In this document: positions 1 to 8,453 of the stretch, piece by piece
Layout: each line of letters starts with the position of its first letter
Numbering within the stretch: the first letter of the stretch is position 1
Assembly: GCA_031459535.1 (NCBI GenBank)
Contig: JAVKIJ010000036.1
Location: 1-29,652, forward strand
Length of the DNA: 29,652 nt
DNA from: Candidatus Fervidifonticultor quintus
GTDB lineage: Bacteria; Sysuimicrobiota; Sysuimicrobiia; Sysuimicrobiales; Humicultoraceae
Reading direction: 5' to 3'
Made by a program: the position numbers and the translations under genes
Notes under the pieces: model-generated
Told to the model about the DNA's origin: nothing
Databases searched by the model: none
The model's input: only the letters and a program-made list of their open reading frames with translations

Positions 1-96
1 GATCCCGGCCCAAGAGCTTTCCTGGCCTGGTACTCGCTTCACAAGCAGGTCAGGTCTCATAGCATCTCATCTCGACGCCATTTCCGGGACGGGCTC
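1..96 (+). mobile_element. Right end (IRR, 80-96) of an IS1182-like element, followed by CTAG target site at 97-100
   Basis: 80-100 ATTTCCGGGACGGGCTCCTAG matches the reverse complement of 29527-29547 (ATTTCTCGGACAGGCTCCTAG) at 18/21 positions. Frame 2 is open from 2 to TAG 98-100 (...ISGTGS*), possibly the transposase C-terminus. Confidence 0.75.
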
Positions 97-870
97 CTAG
101 CTGAGGGAAGCCACCACCGCTTCGTGGCCCGGTGCGGTGGTACCGCCGTCCACGGCGATCGTCTGCCCGGTGATGTAGCCTGCCTGCGGTCCCGCCAGGA
201 AGACGATCAGGGCGGCGACCTCGTCCGCCGTGCCCATGCGGCGCATGGGGCTGACCTCGACGAGCCGTCGCCGCAGGTCCTCGGAGAGGGTCGTGACGAT
301 GCCGACGTCGATGGCGCCGGGGGCCACCGCGTTCACCGTAATCCCATACGGCGCCAGCTCCCGCGCCAGCACCCCGGTCAGCCCGATCAGGGCCGCCTTC
401 GCGGCCGAGTAGTTAGCCTGCCCGGCGCTGCCGAGAATCCCGGCGATGGACGCCACATTGATGATGCGGCCTCCGGGGCTCTTGATCAGGTAGGGGAGCG
501 CGTGTCGGCAGCAGCGCAGCGCGCCGGTGAGGTTGGTGTCAATGACCGCCCGCCAGTCCTCGGGTGAGGTGCGCACGGCCAGCGTGTCGCGCGTGATCCC
601 CGCGTTGTTGACCAGGATGTCCAGGCCACCGAAGCGTTCGACAGTCTGGGCGACGGCCCGGGCCACGTCCGGGTCGGCGCCCACGTCAGCCTGGATCTCC
701 ATCGCTTCGGTGACGGCGGCCAGTTCCTCCACCAGCGTCCTGGCCCCGGCGGCATTCGAACGGTAGGTGATAGCCACACGGGCCCCGGCGCGAGCCAGGG
801 CCGCGGCCGTGGCCCGTCCAAGCCCGGACGACCCTCCGGTGATGAGAGCGACTCTGGATGCCAGTGTCAC
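97..870 (-). CDS. fabG: FabG-like short-chain dehydrogenase/reductase (3-oxoacyl-ACP reductase family)
   Basis: TGGSSGLG, NNAGITRD, GQANYSAAK (YxxxK), VNAVAPG, ITGQTIAVDGG. GTG start overlaps the upstream stop (GTGA 867-870). May be a paralog. Confidence 0.85.
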   Translation of the reverse strand: MTLASRVALITGGSSGLGRATAAALARAGARVAITYRSNAAGARTLVEELAAVTEAMEIQADVGADPDVARAVAQTVERFGGLDILVNNAGITRDTLAVRTSPEDWRAVIDTNLTGALRCCRHALPYLIKSPGGRIINVASIAGILGSAGQANYSAAKAALIGLTGVLARELAPYGITVNAVAPGAIDVGIVTTLSEDLRRRLVEVSPMRRMGTADEVAALIVFLAGPQAGYITGQTIAVDGGTTAPGHEAVVASLS

Positions 871-1727
871 GTGCGATGGGCGACGACTTGGAGCCAGATG
901 CGGGGGACGGCCTGCAGCTTCAACTCGTCAAACGCCTGCCGGACGCCGGCCTTCAACGCCTCCATCCCCACGTCCAGCGGCACGCCGGGCAGCGCACCTT
1001 CGATGAACATGGAGAACTCGCTAATGTCCTCCCAGGCCTGACAGTCCAGGGCCTTCTCCTGGAATTCAAGATGCGCGTCGTCGAAGCCGTGGGCCTTCAG
1101 CAGTGCCCGGTACTCCTCCGGCGACAGCCACTGCATCGCGGTCGCCTTGACCCCACGGGCCACCTCGTGGCCGCGCTCACGCAGCCACCGCACGGCGCGC
1201 AGTACCCACAGCTTGTAGAACCTGGGCGTGTCCGCCGCGTACGCGCCCTCGAAGAAGGTGGTGTTGAACGCGAAGACGCCCCCCGGGCGCAGCACGCGGC
1301 TGACGTTGGCGATGACCTGAGCCTTGTCCTGGACCAGGTGGATGGCGTTGCAGAACACCACGGTGTCCACCGGCGGCACGAGCAGCGCCAGGCGTTCGGC
1401 GGTGCCCTGGATGAACTGGACGATGGCCGAGCGGATGCGCTGGGCCGCCAGGACCAGCGCCGACGCCGAGGGGTCGATGGCGAACACCCGACCCAGCGGC
1501 GGGATCCCCATGCGCTGCAGGATCAGCTCCGTGACCGCGCCGGGGCCGCAGCCAAGGTCCACGACGTCGAGCCCGGGCCGGATGCCCGCGCGCGCCACGA
1601 GCCACGCGTTCACCTCTTTGAAGAACGGTTGCGCGGCGAACTTAGAGAATGAGAATCGCTCTTCCTCACCGGGCGCAGTGGCCTGTGGGGAATCTACCAC
1701 CTCGCGACGCGACACGCCAGCCTCCAT
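867..1727 (-). CDS. Class I SAM-dependent methyltransferase
   Basis: VVDLGCGPG motif I, FAIDPS, VLRPGGVFAF. ATG 1727 preferred over the 1811 ORF start because the extension spans promoter-like sequence. Confidence 0.85.
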   Translation of the reverse strand: MEAGVSRREVVDSPQATAPGEEERFSFSKFAAQPFFKEVNAWLVARAGIRPGLDVVDLGCGPGAVTELILQRMGIPPLGRVFAIDPSASALVLAAQRIRSAIVQFIQGTAERLALLVPPVDTVVFCNAIHLVQDKAQVIANVSRVLRPGGVFAFNTTFFEGAYAADTPRFYKLWVLRAVRWLRERGHEVARGVKATAMQWLSPEEYRALLKAHGFDDAHLEFQEKALDCQAWEDISEFSMFIEGALPGVPLDVGMEALKAGVRQAFDELKLQAVPRIWLQVVAHRT

Positions 1728-1738
1728 GGTGCTACTAG

Positions 1739-1771
1739 AGTATACTCCATGGTGCGGGAATCGCCTCCTGC
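1739..1771 (-). promoter_or_regulatory. Putative promoter for the methyltransferase-fabG pair
   Basis: Minus strand GCAGGA-N18-GAGT (1771-1744), overlapping a TATACT -10-like hexamer (1744-1739). Confidence 0.45.
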
Positions 1772-1807
1772 GCACGCCTGGACGGCACAGCGGGGCCCCC
1801 TTGGGCG

Positions 1808-3358
1808 TCAACGGTGCTTGATCGCCACCGCCTTGGGCTGGAGGAAGTGCCCCAGATAGTCCGGCCCGCCGGCCTTGGCGCCGGTCCCACTCATGTTGAA
1901 CCCTCCGAACGGATGTACGCCTACTGTGGAGCCGGTCGATTTCCGGTTGATGTACAGGTTGCCGCAGTTGAACTCCTGGCGCGCACGGGCCATGTGCGCG
2001 GGGTTCCTGGAAAACACCGACCCCGTCAGGCCGAACGGGGTGCCGTTCGCGATGGCCAGCGCGTGGTCGAAGTCGCGGGCCCGGATGACTGCCACGACCG
2101 GGCCGAAGATTTCCTCCTGGGCGATACGGGCCGCGGGATCCACATCGATGAAGACGGTAGGCTGGATGTAGAAGCCTTCGCCCTCGCCCGGTTCGCCGCC
2201 GGCGGCGAGCCGGCCTTCGCGCCGGCCGACGCCGATGTATTCCATGATGGTCCGGTGCGCCCGGGCGTTGATGACGGGTCCCACGTCAAAGTTGTCCTCG
2301 GCCGGCCCCACCCGAAGCGCCCGCACCCTGTCCACGAACGCCTCGACGACCTGGCGGTAGAGACGGTCGTGGACCACCAGACGCGATCCAGCCGAGCACT
2401 TCTGGCCCTGGAAGCCGTAGCCAGAGATGACCGCGGCCGCGACCGCGTCGTCCACGTCGGCACTCTCGTCCACGATGATGGCATTCTTGCCACCCATCTC
2501 GGCGATGGTGCGCTTGAGCCAGATCTGCCCGGGCTGCACCCGGGCGGCCTGCTCGTAGATGCGGATCCCGACGTCCCTGGAACCGGTGAAGGCCACCATG
2601 CGCACTCGGGGGTGGAGGACCAGCGCATCGCCCACCTCAACGCCGGGGCCGGTCACGATGTTGAAGACCCCATCGGGAAGGCCTGCCTCAGCCAACACGT
2701 CGTGGAGGACGTAGGCGTTGGCCGGAGCGTCGCTGCTTGGCTTCATGACCACCGTGTTGCCTGCCGCGATAGCCGCAGTGGCCATGCCGGCCGGGATGGC
2801 CAGGGGGAAGTTCCACGGCGGGATCACGGCGATGACGCCCAGCGGGATGTAGTCCAGGTGGCTCCACTCCTGGGGGTGGGGGGCCAGCTCGTGCCCACGC
2901 GCCCAGCGCAGCGCCTCGCGGGCGTAGTACTCCATGAAGTCGACGGCCTCAGCCACGTCCGCGTCGGCCTCGGTCCAGTTCTTGCCGACCTCGTAGACCT
3001 GCCAGGCTGCAGCCCATAACTTGCGCCGCCGCAGGATGTCCGCAGCGCGCAGCAGCACGGCTGCTCGCTCCTCGGCCGGCACGCGCCCCCAGGCCTTAAA
3101 GGCGCGGTCGGCAGCCTCCACGGCCTGCTCCACGTGTCGCGCCGTGCCCTTCTGGCAGCGGGCGACGGCCTGGTTCTTGTGCGAGGGATTCCACGATGTG
3201 AACGTACCGTCGCCCATCGGCCGCGCATCGCCGATGACCAGCCGTAACTCCCCACCCAGCTCGCGGGCCACGCGCGCCAGGGCATCGCCCATGGCTGCGC
3301 GGTGCTGCTCCTGGCTGAAGTCGGTCAGAGGTTCATTGTGGAACGGGGGAAGGGCCAT
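1808..3358 (-). CDS. pruA: L-glutamate gamma-semialdehyde / 1-pyrroline-5-carboxylate dehydrogenase (RocA/PruA type)
   Basis: PFHNEPLTDF N-terminus, PPWNFPLAI, FTGS, AEMGGKN, FQGQKCSAGSR (catalytic Cys), QEEIFGP, GNLYINR, PFGGFNMSG; SD GAGGTG. Confidence 0.92.
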   Translation of the reverse strand: MALPPFHNEPLTDFSQEQHRAAMGDALARVARELGGELRLVIGDARPMGDGTFTSWNPSHKNQAVARCQKGTARHVEQAVEAADRAFKAWGRVPAEERAAVLLRAADILRRRKLWAAAWQVYEVGKNWTEADADVAEAVDFMEYYAREALRWARGHELAPHPQEWSHLDYIPLGVIAVIPPWNFPLAIPAGMATAAIAAGNTVVMKPSSDAPANAYVLHDVLAEAGLPDGVFNIVTGPGVEVGDALVLHPRVRMVAFTGSRDVGIRIYEQAARVQPGQIWLKRTIAEMGGKNAIIVDESADVDDAVAAAVISGYGFQGQKCSAGSRLVVHDRLYRQVVEAFVDRVRALRVGPAEDNFDVGPVINARAHRTIMEYIGVGRREGRLAAGGEPGEGEGFYIQPTVFIDVDPAARIAQEEIFGPVVAVIRARDFDHALAIANGTPFGLTGSVFSRNPAHMARARQEFNCGNLYINRKSTGSTVGVHPFGGFNMSGTGAKAGGPDYLGHFLQPKAVAIKHR

Positions 3359-3391
3359 CTGATCACCTCGGGCTGCGGATCTTGGCTGTCG

Positions 3392-4306
3392 CTACCGCCG
3401 CGCGTACAACCGGGGATCCAGCGCGTCGCGTACCCAGTCCCCCACCAGGTTGATGCCGACGACCAGCACCATCAGGGCCAGCCCCGGCATGATGGACGGC
3501 CACCAGGCCCCGGAGAACAGATACTTGTAGCCGCCGTCGATCAACAGGCCCAAGGACGGGGTAGTCAGCGGCACGCCGACCCCGAGGAACGATAGGGTGG
3601 CCTCGGTCACGATCACCCGCGGCATCGCCACCGAGACCAGCACGATCACCGGTGTGAGCACATTGGGCAGGATGTGGCGACCCATGATTCGCCGGTCGAC
3701 AGCGCCGAGCGCGCGCGCGGCCTCCACGAAGTCCTTCTCCCGGATGGCCAGCGTGCTGCCCCGTACCGTCCGCGCGAACTCCGCCCAGCCGATGACGCCC
3801 ACCACGATGATGAGCTTGTGCAGCCCGCGGCCCCAGATCGCCGCGATGGCCAGTGCCACCAGCAGGAACGGCAGCGAGAGCTGCATGTCGGCGGCCCGCA
3901 TGAAGAAGGCGTCGATGCGCCCCCGGTAGTAGCCCGACGCCACCCCGGCGGCGACGCCGAGCGCCACCGAGATGGCGATGGTGAAAATCCCGAACACGAT
4001 GGACACCCGCAGGCCGAACAGGATGTTGCTCAGCAGGTCGCGGCCCACCGCGTCCGTGCCCAGAGGGTGCGGGCCGTGCAACCAGGTGGGCGGCAGAAGG
4101 CGCCGGTTGAGGTCCTGCGCCTGCGGGTCCCAGGGCGCGATGGCCGATGCCAGCACGGCCGCCGCCACCATGACCGCCAGCAGTGCGGCCCCGGCGACGG
4201 CCGTCGGGCTGGAGCGAAACGCCCGCCAGACCCACGCCCGGGGGCGCGCTGGCCTCGGGACGACTGCCGTGGGTCCGGCTGCGGGTTCGGTGAGGGCCCT
4301 GGCCAC
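3392..4306 (-). CDS. Dpp/Opp-family ABC transporter permease (DppC-like)
   Basis: HPLGTDAVGRD, EAA loop FVEAARALGA, HILPN, EATLSFLG, RDALDPR. Confidence 0.92.
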   Translation of the reverse strand: MARALTEPAAGPTAVVPRPARPRAWVWRAFRSSPTAVAGAALLAVMVAAAVLASAIAPWDPQAQDLNRRLLPPTWLHGPHPLGTDAVGRDLLSNILFGLRVSIVFGIFTIAISVALGVAAGVASGYYRGRIDAFFMRAADMQLSLPFLLVALAIAAIWGRGLHKLIIVVGVIGWAEFARTVRGSTLAIREKDFVEAARALGAVDRRIMGRHILPNVLTPVIVLVSVAMPRVIVTEATLSFLGVGVPLTTPSLGLLIDGGYKYLFSGAWWPSIMPGLALMVLVVGINLVGDWVRDALDPRLYARR

Positions 4307-4310
4307 GGTC

Positions 4311-5228
4311 CTATTCGTACCTGATCCGGGGGTCGATCAACGCGTAGAGGACGTCCACGGTCAGGTTGATCACGATGAACAGCCCGGCGGTGACGATGGC
4401 GTAGGCTACCACGATGGGGTAGTCGAGCCGCTCGATCGAGGTGAGCAGGAGCCGGCCCATGCCGGGCCAGGCGAAGATCTTCTCGGTGACGATGGCAAAC
4501 GCGATGAGGCCACCCATCTGGATGCCGCCGATGGTGACGAACGGGATCAGGGTGTTCTTGAGCGCGTGCCGGTAGATGACCAGTCGTTCGTAGAGGCCTT
4601 TGGCCCGGGCCGTGCGGATGTAGTCCTGGTTCAGCACGTCCAGCATGCCAGCCCGGATCAGCCGGATGAACAGGGCGACCCGGTAGAAGGCCAACGTCAC
4701 CACCGGGAGCACTAGGTGCGCCCAGGTGCCGCGGCCCGATGAGGGCAACCAGCCCAGCGCCACCACGAACAGCGCGATGAGCACGATGCCGATCCAGAAG
4801 GTCGGCGCCGAGATGCCCACCAGCGAGCCGACCAGGACCGCGCGGTCCAGCCACGAGCCGCGGGCGGTGGCCGCCATCACGCCCAGGGGGATGGCGATGA
4901 TGGTGGAGGCGACCATGGTCCAGATCACCAGCTCCAGCGACGCCGGCAGCCGCTGGAGCACCAGCCGGATGGCGGGCTCGTGAAAGTAGAATGACGTACC
5001 CAGATCACCCCGCAGGGCGCTGCGGACGAACTTGGCATACTGGACGTACCACGGCTGATCCAGGCCAAGCTGTGTGCGCAGCGCCTCGACCTGGTTGATG
5101 TCGGCCGCGGGAGGCAGGAGCAGCTCGATGGGGTCTCCGGTCAGCACCAGCAGCATGAAGACCACCATGGAGATGATCAGGAACACCCCGACCATCTGCA
5201 GGAGCCGCTGGGCGAGAAACCGGGTCAT
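4311..5228 (-). CDS. Dpp/Opp-family ABC transporter permease (DppB-like)
   Basis: GLDQPWYVQY, GDLGTS, DYIRTARAKGL, HALKN, FAWPGMG, IDPRIRY. Confidence 0.92.
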   Translation of the reverse strand: MTRFLAQRLLQMVGVFLIISMVVFMLLVLTGDPIELLLPPAADINQVEALRTQLGLDQPWYVQYAKFVRSALRGDLGTSFYFHEPAIRLVLQRLPASLELVIWTMVASTIIAIPLGVMAATARGSWLDRAVLVGSLVGISAPTFWIGIVLIALFVVALGWLPSSGRGTWAHLVLPVVTLAFYRVALFIRLIRAGMLDVLNQDYIRTARAKGLYERLVIYRHALKNTLIPFVTIGGIQMGGLIAFAIVTEKIFAWPGMGRLLLTSIERLDYPIVVAYAIVTAGLFIVINLTVDVLYALIDPRIRYE

Positions 5229-5248
5229 GCCTGCCTCCCGCTCGGGCC

Positions 5249-6829
5249 TTACCTGAACTTGACCTCCTGCGCCAGGACGAACTCGTCGACGCGCACGGGC
5301 ATCGTGAGATTGTCTTTGACGCCCCGGATCAGCTCTTCGAAGTACATGGGGATCTTCCCCACGTCTTGCCGGTTGAGCTCGGCCGCCCTGTAGAAGGCCT
5401 CCAGGCGCTTCTTTTCGTCCATCTCAGTGCGCATGATGTCGATGAGCCTGTTCAGCTCAGGGTTGCAGTAGCGCCCGTAGTTAGCCCGGCCATAGCCGGT
5501 CTTGGGATCCACGCAGCCCAGCAGCGCCGCCCAGTTGGCGCTCGAGATCAGCGTCAGCCATCCGCTCATCTGGAAGCTGGTGTCGAAGGTGCGCATCCGC
5601 GGGAAGTAGATCAGCCGCGGCAATCCGTTGAGCTGCACGTTGATCCCCACGCGGCCCAGCATCCCCACCAGAGCCAGACCCACCTCGCGGTCGTTGACAT
5701 AGCGGTCGGTGGTAACGTCCAGGCGCACGGTGAAGCCGTTGGGATAGCCGGCCTCGGCCAGCAGGCGCTTGGCGCGCGAAGGGTCGTAGATCGGCCGGCG
5801 CACCTTCGGGTTGTAGCCGGGCAGGAACGGCGGCAGGATCTGCTCGGCCGGCGTGGCCGCGCCGCCCATCACCTGCTCCACGATCTCCTTGGTGTTGATG
5901 GCGTGGTAGACGGCCTGGCGCACGCGGACGTCCTTGAAGGGGTTGGGCGCGCCCTCGGGCAGCCCGGGACTGCCAGCCGGATGCCGGCCGCCCCGGTCGC
6001 GGAGAGTGTCCATGGCCACGAAGATCAGGCGCGGCCCCTGCTTGCGCAGGACTCCAAAGCCCTTCGTCTTCGCGACCCGCGGGATATCAGGAATCGGGAT
6101 GCCCTCGACCACGTCCACCTCACCGGCCAGCAGGGCCGCCACGCGCGTGGCGCCCTCCGGGATGGGCCGGATGGTCACCCGGGTCGCCTGGGGCTTGGGA
6201 CCCCAGTAGGTGGGGTTGGCCTCGAGGACGACCCGATCGTCGCGGACCCACTCCACAAATCGGTAGGGTCCAGTGCCGACCGGTCGGCGCGCGAGTCCCT
6301 CGTCGCCCACCTCACGAGCGTAGCGGGGCGGCAGCATGGAGATGTTGTTGGCTAGGTTGGCGATCAGGTCGGGCGACGGTTCCGAGGTGACGATCCGCAC
6401 CGTCAGGTCGTCTACGGGCCTGACCTCTTTGATGAGGCTCACGTACGCCTTCTGGAGCGACTTCGGGTGGTCCCGGAAGCGCTCAATACTGAACTTGACC
6501 GACTCGGCGCCAAACGGCTCCCCGTTGTGGAACCGCACGTTGGGCCGGAGCTTGAACTCCCAGGTCAGGTTGTCCAGCGGCCGCCACGAGGTGGCCAGGG
6601 CCGGAACGATCTTGCCGTCGGGGTCGTAGTCCACCAGCAATTCCAGCATGTGGTGCAGGATGCTGCTGGTGGTGCTGATGGCGGCCAGCATGGGATCCAT
6701 GGACTCCGCGTCACCCGTGATGGCGATGGTGAGCGGTCGGGCCTGCGCGTAGTTGGTGGGCGCCATGCCGGCCAGCAGCGCCACCGTCACCGCGGCGGCG
6801 ATCAACCCGTGTATCGTCCACCTGTTCAT
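5249..6829 (-). CDS. Dpp/Opp-family (SBP family 5) ABC substrate-binding protein with signal peptide
   Basis: Signal peptide MNRWTIHGLIAAAVTVALLAG; PALATSW, FKLRPNVRFHNG, PVGTGPY. ATG 6829 has SD GGGAGG and an ATGA overlap with the upstream stop. Confidence 0.92.
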   Translation of the reverse strand: MNRWTIHGLIAAAVTVALLAGMAPTNYAQARPLTIAITGDAESMDPMLAAISTTSSILHHMLELLVDYDPDGKIVPALATSWRPLDNLTWEFKLRPNVRFHNGEPFGAESVKFSIERFRDHPKSLQKAYVSLIKEVRPVDDLTVRIVTSEPSPDLIANLANNISMLPPRYAREVGDEGLARRPVGTGPYRFVEWVRDDRVVLEANPTYWGPKPQATRVTIRPIPEGATRVAALLAGEVDVVEGIPIPDIPRVAKTKGFGVLRKQGPRLIFVAMDTLRDRGGRHPAGSPGLPEGAPNPFKDVRVRQAVYHAINTKEIVEQVMGGAATPAEQILPPFLPGYNPKVRRPIYDPSRAKRLLAEAGYPNGFTVRLDVTTDRYVNDREVGLALVGMLGRVGINVQLNGLPRLIYFPRMRTFDTSFQMSGWLTLISSANWAALLGCVDPKTGYGRANYGRYCNPELNRLIDIMRTEMDEKKRLEAFYRAAELNRQDVGKIPMYFEELIRGVKDNLTMPVRVDEFVLAQEVKFR

Positions 6830-8208
6830 CCCCATCCCTCCCTGTGGATGACAGCATAGTGCGACAGTCTGGAGCGCACCGTCGACTCTCCGCGCGGCGT
6901 GGTCAGCAACAGCCCGCCGCGACCGGTGACCTGCCCGTCCGCCAGGACCACGCGGCCGACAGCCACCGACCACGTGGCGCTGCCGCGTTCCAGATCCACC
7001 ACCGTGATATCCGCGTCGGCGCCCGGTGCCAGGTGCCCCTTGGTCGGAGTGCCCAGCATGCGGGCCGGGTTCAGGCTCCCCTTCACCACGAAATCCCGTA
7101 GCGTCCACGCGCCCATCTGGACCAGCATGAGGCCGTGACGGACGAGGAAGTTGCGCGGGATGGCACCCCCGTCGGTACTGAGGCCCCCGATGATGAACGT
7201 ACCGTCCCGGCGGGCTGTCGCCAACAGGATGGCCGAGGGGATGTGGTTGACCGGAAAGGAGCAGTGGGCGTCGGTCCCCGCGTCCCGCCAGGCCCGCAGG
7301 CCGGCCTCCGGATTGGAGAGCACGACGGCCCCTTCTGCGATGGCGTGGATGCGGCAGTACCCGGCGCGGATGGCCGCCTCCAGGCCGGCCTCGGTCGGCT
7401 CGTAGCCGCCCAGGCGCAGGCAGGTCCGGGTCACGCCGCTGGTCGGGACGCCGTCGCGACAGCGAGCCGAGGTACCGTTGTAGACTGACAGATACGACTC
7501 ACTGACCGCCGTGGGATGGGCGCCCAGCAATCCCAACGCCTCCTGGGCCTCGGCCACCGGGTCGCCCCTCTCCTGCCCCCGGCAGTAGGAGTTGACATGG
7601 GCGATGTGGATGCGCCGGCCGGCAGCCAGCTCCAGCGCCTCGGCGAGACCGCGGATGTCCGAGCCGGTCCTGGTGGTGCCCACATGGAAGGCGATGTAAC
7701 ACCGCGCCCGGGTGGCGGCCGCCACGGCCCGCTCCGTGGCTTCCGGCGTCAGGGGATAGTGTCCGCCCAGCAGTTTGATGCCGATGGCGCCGTCGGCCAG
7801 CGCCCGGTCTATGGCTTCTTCGATCTCGGCGGCCGGTGGCGCGCTTGAGGACACCGTGTGCCCAGGAACCAGCGGATGCAGGTAGGCGACGTTGAGTCCG
7901 GCGCCGCCATCTGTCAGCGCCTCGGCGAGATCATCGAAGGCCCCAGCCAGGTCCAGCGCGGTGACGACGCCCGTGGCGGCCACCATCCGGTGGCCTTCCG
8001 CTGCGCCGAAGTGGCGCGAGAGGTGCGTGTGTGTGTCAATGACGCCCGGCAGGACGTACTGCCCTGCAACGTCAATGGTTCGTCGCGCCCCGGTCGTCAA
8101 CCGGCCGACCTCGCTGATCCGGCCGTCGCGGACCGCCAGATCGGCCGGGCCATCCAGCTTGTTGGCCGGATCGACGATGTGCCCGCCGACTAGCGCGAGA
8201 TCGTGCAC
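6826..8208 (-). CDS. Metal-dependent amidohydrolase (dihydroorotase/aminoacylase-like), substrate unknown
   Basis: PGVIDTHTH (HxH), GIKL, FHVG, HIAHV, STDGG, NPARMLG, GADADIT; GTG 8208 with SD AAGGAGG. Confidence 0.88.
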   Translation of the reverse strand: MHDLALVGGHIVDPANKLDGPADLAVRDGRISEVGRLTTGARRTIDVAGQYVLPGVIDTHTHLSRHFGAAEGHRMVAATGVVTALDLAGAFDDLAEALTDGGAGLNVAYLHPLVPGHTVSSSAPPAAEIEEAIDRALADGAIGIKLLGGHYPLTPEATERAVAAATRARCYIAFHVGTTRTGSDIRGLAEALELAAGRRIHIAHVNSYCRGQERGDPVAEAQEALGLLGAHPTAVSESYLSVYNGTSARCRDGVPTSGVTRTCLRLGGYEPTEAGLEAAIRAGYCRIHAIAEGAVVLSNPEAGLRAWRDAGTDAHCSFPVNHIPSAILLATARRDGTFIIGGLSTDGGAIPRNFLVRHGLMLVQMGAWTLRDFVVKGSLNPARMLGTPTKGHLAPGADADITVVDLERGSATWSVAVGRVVLADGQVTGRGGLLLTTPRGESTVRSRLSHYAVIHREGWG

Positions 8209-8259
8209 CTCGGAGCCCTCCTTGGGATGGCAGATTGGCCGAAGGGCGGCCATTTCCCT

Positions 8260-8268
8260 TGGTATAAT
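8260..8268 (+). promoter_or_regulatory. Extended -10 sigma70-type promoter of tRNA-Ser
   Basis: TGgTATAAT at 8260-8268, 7 nt upstream of the tRNA 5' end. Confidence 0.75.
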
Positions 8269-8275
8269 TGGCGCC

Positions 8276-8365
8276 GGAGAGGTGGCTGAGCCTGGTTGAA
8301 GGCGGCGGACTTGAAATCCGTTAGGGTGAAAGCCCTCGTGGGTTCGAATCCCACCCTCTCCGCCA
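8276..8365 (+). tRNA. tRNA-Ser (anticodon TGA)
   Basis: Acceptor GGAGAGG/CCTCTCC, discriminator G and encoded CCA; anticodon arm GCGGA-CTTGAAA-TCCGT; long variable arm; T-loop GGTTCGAATCC; 90 nt. Confidence 0.96.
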
Positions 8366-8385
8366 GTCACTAGTCCTGGCTTGAG

Positions 8386-8410
8386 AGGTTCTCGAAGCCG
8401 CAGGGAGAAC
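8386..8410 (+). promoter_or_regulatory. Putative SigH-like promoter for the SBP operon
   Basis: AGGT-N17-GAAC, similar to the motif recurring before other units. Confidence 0.4.
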
Positions 8411-8453
8411 TATCCCCTCCAGTTTGCCCTCATCATGTCTGCTGGAGGTCGCG

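Noticed and set aside
8276-8365. tRNA-Sec or suppressor tRNA
   Set aside because: The anticodon is TGA (reads UCA, Ser), not TCA; 7-bp acceptor stem and normal Ser features
8209-8370. N-terminal extension of the amidohydrolase ORF (MTGGEGGIRTHE...)
   Set aside because: It is the antisense translation of the tRNA; the real start is GTG 8208 with SD AAGGAGG
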